Origin: Gemmatimonadota bacterium
Lineage (GTDB): Bacteria; Gemmatimonadota; Gemmatimonadetes; Gemmatimonadales; GWC2-71-9
Length of the DNA stretch: 64,000 nucleotides
Reading direction: 5' to 3'
NCBI GenBank assembly: GCA_036679605.1
Contig: JAZDCZ010000324.1
Location: 101,375-165,374 of the forward strand
Notes under the pieces: model-generated
Databases searched by the model: none
Told to the model about the DNA's origin: nothing
Seen by the model: the letters and a program-made list of their open reading frames with translations, nothing else
Program-made: the position numbers and the translations under genes
Shown: piece after piece, positions 58,418 through 64,000 of the stretch
How positions within the stretch are numbered: position 1 is the first letter of the stretch
How the letters are laid out: each line of letters begins with the position of its first letter

Positions 58418-60136
58418 GTGCGGTTTGAGATAAACCCCGAAAAATGCGTGAGTTGCCTGGCCTGTGTGAGGGTGTGCGCGGTTCAGGCAATTGCGGTCGA
58501 TGGGCCAAACGTGCGGATCGTGGACGATGTGTGCATTCGCTCAGGAACCTGCTTGCCCGAGTGCCCTCACGACGCGATCGATGCAATTGGTGACCTAGAC
58601 CGGGCCCTGGCGCTGGCCGGGGGTGGCGAGGCGGTCTTGATCCTGGCGGTGGAATCGGCGGTCCACTTCTACCCCCAGACGCCCGAGCAGCTCGTAAACG
58701 CCTGCTACCGTGCGGGGTTCAAGGTGGTTCACCGTGGTGTGCTGGGCGATGAGCTGGTGGCGGAGGAGTACCAGAGGCTGTGGGCGGATCCCCATTGGGG
58801 GACGATGATTCGCTCGACATGCCCTGTAGTGGTGGAGCGGATTCGCACCGATTATCCGGAGTTGGTGCCCTTCCTGGCTCCGGTCCAGACGCCGCTGGCG
58901 GCCGAGGCGTTGTACCACCGGGCGCTATATGGGGAGGAAGTGCCGCTGGTCTACGCCGGTGTCTGTCTGGCCGAGGCCGAAGGTCAGCTGGACGCGACGC
59001 TGACCTTCGAGGAGCTGGAGGAATTACTGGGGCGCTGTGGGGTGGACGTGTCGGCGGAGCCCTCGTATTACGAGCGGATTCCCGAGGTTCGGGAGCGATG
59101 CTTGAGTGCGGCGGGGGGGTTACCGCTCGACCTGTTGGAGAGTGAGCATCAGGCGAGCCGGCGATTTCGCAAAGTGCGGGGGCTAGGGGGGTTGGGGGCG
59201 ATCTCACGGGCTGTGGGAGTGCACCGGATGGACCTGGGGTTCGTTGACATCCTGCCGTGTGAGGGGTGTCTCGCCCACCCGTTGATGGGTCCGCCTGAGG
59301 AGTTGTTCTGGCGCCGTAGCGTGGTGAACGACACGGAGCCGAAGCGGTGTGATACTCCGGTAACGGATTCTGGGGTGAGTGTCCAGATCGAGCGGGCGTT
59401 CCCGTTCATCCGCAACGGGCACAAGCCGAGGGCCGCCGAGTTGAAGGGAGTGTTGGAGACCATCGGCCGTGCTCCGGACGGCTCGCCGTGGGACTGCGGG
59501 GCCTGTGGATATGGCACGTGTGACGGTTTCGCTGCGGCGCTGCTGCAGGGCCGGTCCACACTGAGGCAGTGTACGCCCTATCAGGAGCGGCGCGCCGATG
59601 AGGCGGTGCGGTCGGCGGCAGTGGACGAACTGACCGGCCTAGCGACGTTTCGCATGCTGCGCTCGCGGCTGGAACAGGAAGTGGCCCGCAGCGATCGTAG
59701 TGGCGAGGAGTTCTGGGTGATCTTTGTGGACCTTGATGAATTCAAGGGCGTCAACGACGTGCATGGGCACGACGCGGGCAACAGGGTGCTGGAGGGAGTC
59801 GGTGCGATAATGCTGCACAGCGTCCGCAAGACTGACATGGCGGCCCGCTACGGCGGCGACGAATTTGTGCTGGTATTGGTGAGGACCGATGTGGAGGGTG
59901 CGCGACGAGTGGGCGAGGTAGTGCGGGAGTCGGTCGAGGCTTTGGGAGTGGCACAGGGGTTGGAAGTTGGAGAGATCGGCGCTTCGATCGGTGTAGCCTG
60001 TCACGATCCTAACGCCGAGAAGTTAGCAGACGCGTTGCGGGAGGCGGACAGAGCCATGTACCGGGCCAAGGAATTGGGTGGCAATGTGGTGGTGTTGGCG
60101 GGAGACAGAAAAGCGAATGGAAACGAGGAGCGATGA
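58418..60136 (+). CDS. Fe-S / [FeFe]-hydrogenase-like sensor fused to a diguanylate cyclase
   Basis: CVSCLACVRVC and CIRSGTCLPEC; H-domain-like RSTCP, GVC and PCEGC; DCGACGYGTC...C; DELTGL, DLDEFK.VND..GH..G, RKTD I-site, RYGGDEF. Confidence 0.85.
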   Translation: MRFEINPEKCVSCLACVRVCAVQAIAVDGPNVRIVDDVCIRSGTCLPECPHDAIDAIGDLDRALALAGGGEAVLILAVESAVHFYPQTPEQLVNACYRAGFKVVHRGVLGDELVAEEYQRLWADPHWGTMIRSTCPVVVERIRTDYPELVPFLAPVQTPLAAEALYHRALYGEEVPLVYAGVCLAEAEGQLDATLTFEELEELLGRCGVDVSAEPSYYERIPEVRERCLSAAGGLPLDLLESEHQASRRFRKVRGLGGLGAISRAVGVHRMDLGFVDILPCEGCLAHPLMGPPEELFWRRSVVNDTEPKRCDTPVTDSGVSVQIERAFPFIRNGHKPRAAELKGVLETIGRAPDGSPWDCGACGYGTCDGFAAALLQGRSTLRQCTPYQERRADEAVRSAAVDELTGLATFRMLRSRLEQEVARSDRSGEEFWVIFVDLDEFKGVNDVHGHDAGNRVLEGVGAIMLHSVRKTDMAARYGGDEFVLVLVRTDVEGARRVGEVVRESVEALGVAQGLEVGEIGASIGVACHDPNAEKLADALREADRAMYRAKELGGNVVVLAGDRKANGNEER

Positions 60137-60873
60137 GTTCTACAAAGCCAGAACCGAAGCCTGAGCCGCCCAGACCGGCGGCGAGTCGGTCCGAGGAGGA
60201 AGTTCGGAAGCCGGACCCTTGGGGGGTCAAGCGGGCTGAGAATCTGCTCCAGAGTCTGCAAGGGATACTCTCGGCGCGGGTTGTGGTCTCGCCCATCGGT
60301 GAGATAATCGAGGTGCATGTGCTCGCGAGTAGCGGCGGCGCGCCCAAGCAGGTGGTTCGCAACGTAGAGAGCGCTTTGTTGGCTCACCTCGGCATAAAGG
60401 TCGACCATCGCAAGATCAGTGTTGCACAGACGGCCGACGTCAAGCCGATAGAGGCGTTGGAGAAGGCGGCAGTGCAGCAAGCGGCGATGCGGCGCGGCGT
60501 CGTGTATCGGAAGTTGGAGCGGATTCCCGTTGGTGAACACCGCATTCGATTTGCGGTCACACTCGAGGTGAACGGACAGGATGTAGTGGCGGAGGAGGAA
60601 TCCGCCGACACCTCTCGAGCGCGCATGCAGGCTGTTGCGCGTGCAGCGGTGACTGCGCTGGACGATTCCTTGCCGACCGGCGTGTTCGAGTTAGAGGGTA
60701 TCAAGGTGATCGAGGCGTTTGACGAGGAACTCGTGGTGGCCGGGGTTCATGTGATCGAGGGTCGTCACACTCGTCTCCTGACGGGTACGGCGCCGGCGGA
60801 AGAATCGGCCGAGCAGGCGGCGGTGTTGGCGGTGCTGGACGCCACGAACAGATGGTTCCAGTCGCGCCAGTAG
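60133..60873 (+). CDS. Conserved-looking soluble hypothetical protein
   Basis: ATGA overlap with the cyclase; motifs EVHVL...PKQVVRNVESAL...DHRKISVAQ and C-terminal AVLDATNR. Confidence 0.8.
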   Translation: MSSTKPEPKPEPPRPAASRSEEEVRKPDPWGVKRAENLLQSLQGILSARVVVSPIGEIIEVHVLASSGGAPKQVVRNVESALLAHLGIKVDHRKISVAQTADVKPIEALEKAAVQQAAMRRGVVYRKLERIPVGEHRIRFAVTLEVNGQDVVAEEESADTSRARMQAVARAAVTALDDSLPTGVFELEGIKVIEAFDEELVVAGVHVIEGRHTRLLTGTAPAEESAEQAAVLAVLDATNRWFQSRQ

Positions 60874-60898
60874 CGGCGCACAGTAATTAGATAATTTC

Positions 60899-60927
60899 GG
60901 CCCCGTCCACACGGTGGGTGGGGTTTT
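60899..60927 (+). terminator. Probable intrinsic terminator
   Basis: GGCCCCGTCCAC-ACG-GTGGGTGGGGTT (with G-U pairs) ending in TTTT. Confidence 0.6.
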
Positions 60928-61126
60928 GGTTCGATAGCAGTGAACCAGAGAAGATTGTAAGCCAACAACAGAACCTAAGGAGAAAAGGGGGTGCCCCGAA
61001 CGGTGACCTAGCCAAGACGCAAGCGGAGTGAATCGGTCAGTAGTTAAGAGCGGAGCCTCGGGCATACCATAGCGAGGGATGCCACTTTCCACGCGGCGCA
61101 AGCCGCCCGAGAGGGGGTGACGCAAC

Positions 61127-61195
61127 ATGCTAGACTCGTTCATTATTTTTTGTGAGAAGCTTTTGGCGTTATCAGCCTGGCAGAGCTGGGGTTAA
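61127..61195 (+). CDS. Small 22-aa peptide MLDSFIIFCEKLLALSAWQSWG
   Basis: Strong SD GAGGGGGTGA at 61111-61120, 6 nt before the ATG; TAA at 61193-61195; below the ORF-track cutoff. Confidence 0.7.
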   Translation: MLDSFIIFCEKLLALSAWQSWG

Positions 61196-61229
61196 GTCAT
61201 AACGTGGGGCATCCCCCCCAACACTTTCG

Positions 61230-62582
61230 GTGCTCAAGCAAATTTCTAAACGTGGCGCGCTTTCGGTTAACTCCTACGTTTTCCTGGTAGCGGCGATTGG
61301 GATACTTGCATTCATTGTGGCACTCAGCGTAGATCCTTCCGTCTCAGCGAACGAAGCCGTATCTGTCACGGCAGTGCTAGCCTTCTTGGCCATCGCTCTC
61401 GGACTCCAGTTGGCTGAGCATCGACTTGCTGTTGGGAAGGCGACTGGATCTATAGCGTTCATCGTTTACTTAGCGTCTGCCCTCGTCTTCGGCGCTGTTT
61501 GGTGTGCAGTCATTACTGCAGTTACTGTTGGGAGCGCCCACGCTCTTAATCGCAAAACTCCTATCAAGATCGTTTTCAACGTATCCCAACATGTGATCGC
61601 ACTCATTGCTGGCACATCGGTTTACGTGCTGCTTGGCGGTACAATACCTCTGCAATCCCTGGATTCTGCTATCATCCCCTTCTTTGGGTTTGTCGTCACT
61701 TCATTTTCGATCAACAGTACTGCCGTGAGTGGTGTCATAGCAGTTAGCGAGGGCAAGCGGTTTGCCGAAGTCTGGCTGCGCAATACCTGGGCACTTGCAG
61801 GATACGATCTTGTTGCCAGTGCGCTCGGCCTTGGCGTTGCGTGGCTATACGTTCAGTTTGGCTTTGGCGGAATCGCAGGTGTAGTCATTCCGATTCTGTT
61901 TCTTCGGCACACATTCTTGATCAACCTCCAGTTGCAGAATACAAACCGTGAACTACTTGATCTTATGGTGAAAGCGATTGAAGCACGAGATCCGTACACA
62001 AGTGGTCATTCACAAAGGGTGGCTGAATTGGCCAGGATCTTGGGGCGCGAGCTAGGCCTTGGTTTTAAGGAAGTCGAGAGGATAGCGACCGCCGCGCTCT
62101 TGCACGATGTGGGCAAGATCTATGAGGAGTTTGCGCCGCTGCTTCGAAAGGAAGGAAAGCTGACAGAACAGGAGAGCTTTGTGATGCAATCTCATCCTGC
62201 CCGAAGTGCAGAACTAGTTGGCACCATTTCCAATTTGAGGGGCGTGGTAGAAGGTTGTGTACGTCACCACCATGAGAATTACGATGGTTCGGGGTACCCC
62301 GGAGGTTTGGCAGGAGAAGATATACCCCTTGGCTCACGTATCATCATGATTGCCGATACGACCGATGCAATGACTACCGATCGTCCGTATCGAAAAGCTC
62401 TCTCGTACAAACGAGTTCAGGAAGAGCTAGACGAATGCTCTGGGAAACAGTTTGATCCGAAGCTGGTACGTGTGTTCGGTCACAGTGCTGCGGTCCGTGC
62501 GATAATGGACGAAAGGGGTAGCCAACAACCGCTGCCTTGGAGATCGGCCAAGCAGTCGCTGCGTCTACGGGCAGTAAAGTAA
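61230..62582 (+). CDS. Membrane-anchored HD-GYP cyclic-dinucleotide phosphodiesterase
   Basis: About 6-7 N-terminal TMs; EARDPYTSGHS, LHDVGK, HHENYDGSGYP, IAD..DAMTTDRPYR, QFDP. Start uncertain because there is no clear SD. Confidence 0.9.
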   Translation: MLKQISKRGALSVNSYVFLVAAIGILAFIVALSVDPSVSANEAVSVTAVLAFLAIALGLQLAEHRLAVGKATGSIAFIVYLASALVFGAVWCAVITAVTVGSAHALNRKTPIKIVFNVSQHVIALIAGTSVYVLLGGTIPLQSLDSAIIPFFGFVVTSFSINSTAVSGVIAVSEGKRFAEVWLRNTWALAGYDLVASALGLGVAWLYVQFGFGGIAGVVIPILFLRHTFLINLQLQNTNRELLDLMVKAIEARDPYTSGHSQRVAELARILGRELGLGFKEVERIATAALLHDVGKIYEEFAPLLRKEGKLTEQESFVMQSHPARSAELVGTISNLRGVVEGCVRHHHENYDGSGYPGGLAGEDIPLGSRIIMIADTTDAMTTDRPYRKALSYKRVQEELDECSGKQFDPKLVRVFGHSAAVRAIMDERGSQQPLPWRSAKQSLRLRAVK

Positions 62583-62592
62583 AGCTACGTGC

Positions 62593-64000
62593 TCACGGTG
62601 GAGGCACCCCAAGGGTGCGGAGACGGCGTATGACGCCGTGCAGTCCCATATCCCTCAGCTCGTGAAATGGCGACAGGCTTGCTGTTTTATTGTCCGGTCT
62701 CTCCCTTGCCGCCCATTCTTCGAATGCGAGAACTTCGAGTCGGTCACTGATCTGAATACACCGCTGTTTAAGGTTTCCCATCTCCGAAAGTCTTCGCATC
62801 GCGTCAAAACCGTGGCACCTCCACATGTGGTGGCGACTTAGCCGCTCATACCGACCCATGTCTGCCAACATATACATGCGCCCCTTGGTGTGGGCTTGTG
62901 CTACTTCGATCAATGGCCAAGCCAGTTCTGGCCGAGCGCAAGCGATATGGAGATCAGATTCGGCAAGCAGAACATCCGTATACAGCCACCAGAGTTGAGA
63001 AGCCTCAGCGCGTAGTTTGGCGATATCAATGCATTGCCTCGCACCAGACATGTCATCGATCACCATACTTAGGCTGGCCATATTCAGGTTTGCTTCGACT
63101 GCCCGGCGAGGATTGGACGCGATGTTTTCCTGAGACAGAGCGGTGCGATAGCAATTCTCTGCGGTATCGAACTTTCCGATGTCTTCATATACTGCTCCGA
63201 GATTGCCCCATCCGTTTGCAACGGCGACAGAGTCTCCAATCCGTGTCGCTATGTTGATGGATCTGTGAAAAGCCTCGATGCCTTTTTCAAATGCACCAGT
63301 GCAAGTGTATGCCAGACCAATCCCGTTCAAAGCCTGTCGTATATTTGGGTCCAACGACAGTGGTTCAAGTATCGTGAGGCACCTCCTGAAATGGGCAACC
63401 GCAGAGCTTGCTTCGCCAGCTACTAGCGAGCAGTACCCTTGTGTCAAGAGTGCACTGGCTCTTATTGATGGATCGCTTGCAGCGTTCTCGATGCTCGCCG
63501 CTTTGACCCGAACGACGTTCACGTCAGTCCAATCGCCCCTCTCCGATGCCACTTCTGCTCGGACCTGCAGGGAACGCATGGCGATCGACTCGTCGTCACA
63601 CTCCTCAACGAATTCTGACGCAAGAGAAGACGCCCTCATGATCTGATCGTCGTCGGCCAATCTTCCACGATGTAGAGCTTCAGCGCGAATAGTAGCTGCC
63701 AAGGCCTCGCCGCAATGAGTCGTCTTCGAGCACCTCCAATGTGCCAACGCTCTCAGCGATTCCTGATAACGACCTCTCGCGTTCAGGGCCTCTGCCATGA
63801 GGAGGTAGAGTGGCTGTGACTTATCCTCGGGGCATCTCTCCATCACTACCTGCAGCGCCCGCTCTGCCTCCTTAGGTGCTCCTCTCCTGACAGCGAGATC
63901 AGCACCAGCGCACACGGCTGTCACGGCATCATCGATCATTCTCGCTTTCGCGAAATGGTGTGAAGCCTCGAGGGCTCGCTGAAAGTCATCGGCTTCGCGA
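62593..64000 (-). CDS. TPR-rich protein, C-terminal part of a larger gene
   Basis: Frame stays open to the window edge (READDFQRALEASHHFAKARM...); TPR-like repeats ALNGIGLAY, GWGNLGAVY, ANLNMAS. Confidence 0.75.
   Translation of the reverse strand, partial: READDFQRALEASHHFAKARMIDDAVTAVCAGADLAVRRGAPKEAERALQVVMERCPEDKSQPLYLLMAEALNARGRYQESLRALAHWRCSKTTHCGEALAATIRAEALHRGRLADDDQIMRASSLASEFVEECDDESIAMRSLQVRAEVASERGDWTDVNVVRVKAASIENAASDPSIRASALLTQGYCSLVAGEASSAVAHFRRCLTILEPLSLDPNIRQALNGIGLAYTCTGAFEKGIEAFHRSINIATRIGDSVAVANGWGNLGAVYEDIGKFDTAENCYRTALSQENIASNPRRAVEANLNMASLSMVIDDMSGARQCIDIAKLRAEASQLWWLYTDVLLAESDLHIACARPELAWPLIEVAQAHTKGRMYMLADMGRYERLSRHHMWRCHGFDAMRRLSEMGNLKQRCIQISDRLEVLAFEEWAARERPDNKTASLSPFHELRDMGLHGVIRRLRTLGVPPP

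Noticed and set aside
58404..58420. Sigma54 promoter at TGGCAC before the cyclase
   Set aside because: No GC at the -12 position, and it abuts the start codon.
60991..61011. Six-codon ORF (GTG CCC CGA ACG GTG ACC TAG) after AAGGAG
   Set aside because: Too short to support from sequence alone; it may simply be part of the structured leader.
1..64000. CRISPR arrays, tRNA/rRNA genes, IS elements, prophage or defence genes
   Set aside because: Intergenic gaps are short, and none showed repeat-spacer periodicity, cloverleaf motifs, or transposase/phage signatures by eye.

Overview
This 64 kb window is gene-dense bacterial chromosome. Gene content and order suggest Gemmatimonadota (inference only). 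From left to right: partial acs, a STAS protein and ccmABCD; a minus-strand operon led by an ECF sigma/anti-sigma pair (DUF92, FAD oxidoreductase, frameshifted flavin reductase, methyltransferase, SRPBCC cyclase, FabF-type ketosynthase, aquaporin); an M24 peptidase, heme A synthase, NhaC-family transporter, lptFG, an M28 peptidase and comEA. A ~23 kb type IVa pilus locus follows (pilB-T-C-S-R, a GT2 + GT-C + TMTC-like glycosylation cassette, two tandem pilins behind a sigma54 promoter, pilVWX, pilMNOPQ and a large lipoprotein). Next come aroC-aroK, topA-trmFO-xerC-hslVU, argF-gcvT-mog, a pseudo-receiver sigma54 activator and two secreted CarboxypepD_reg-type proteins. The best candidate for an undescribed system is at the right end: a putative c-di-GMP module made of an [FeFe]-hydrogenase-like Fe-S/GGDEF protein, a coupled hypothetical protein, an unannotated 22-aa peptide ending WQSWG inside a self-complementary RNA, a membrane HD-GYP phosphodiesterase and a convergent TPR protein. 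I saw no rRNA, tRNA, CRISPR array or transposase. All calls come from reading motifs by eye; no database searches were run.
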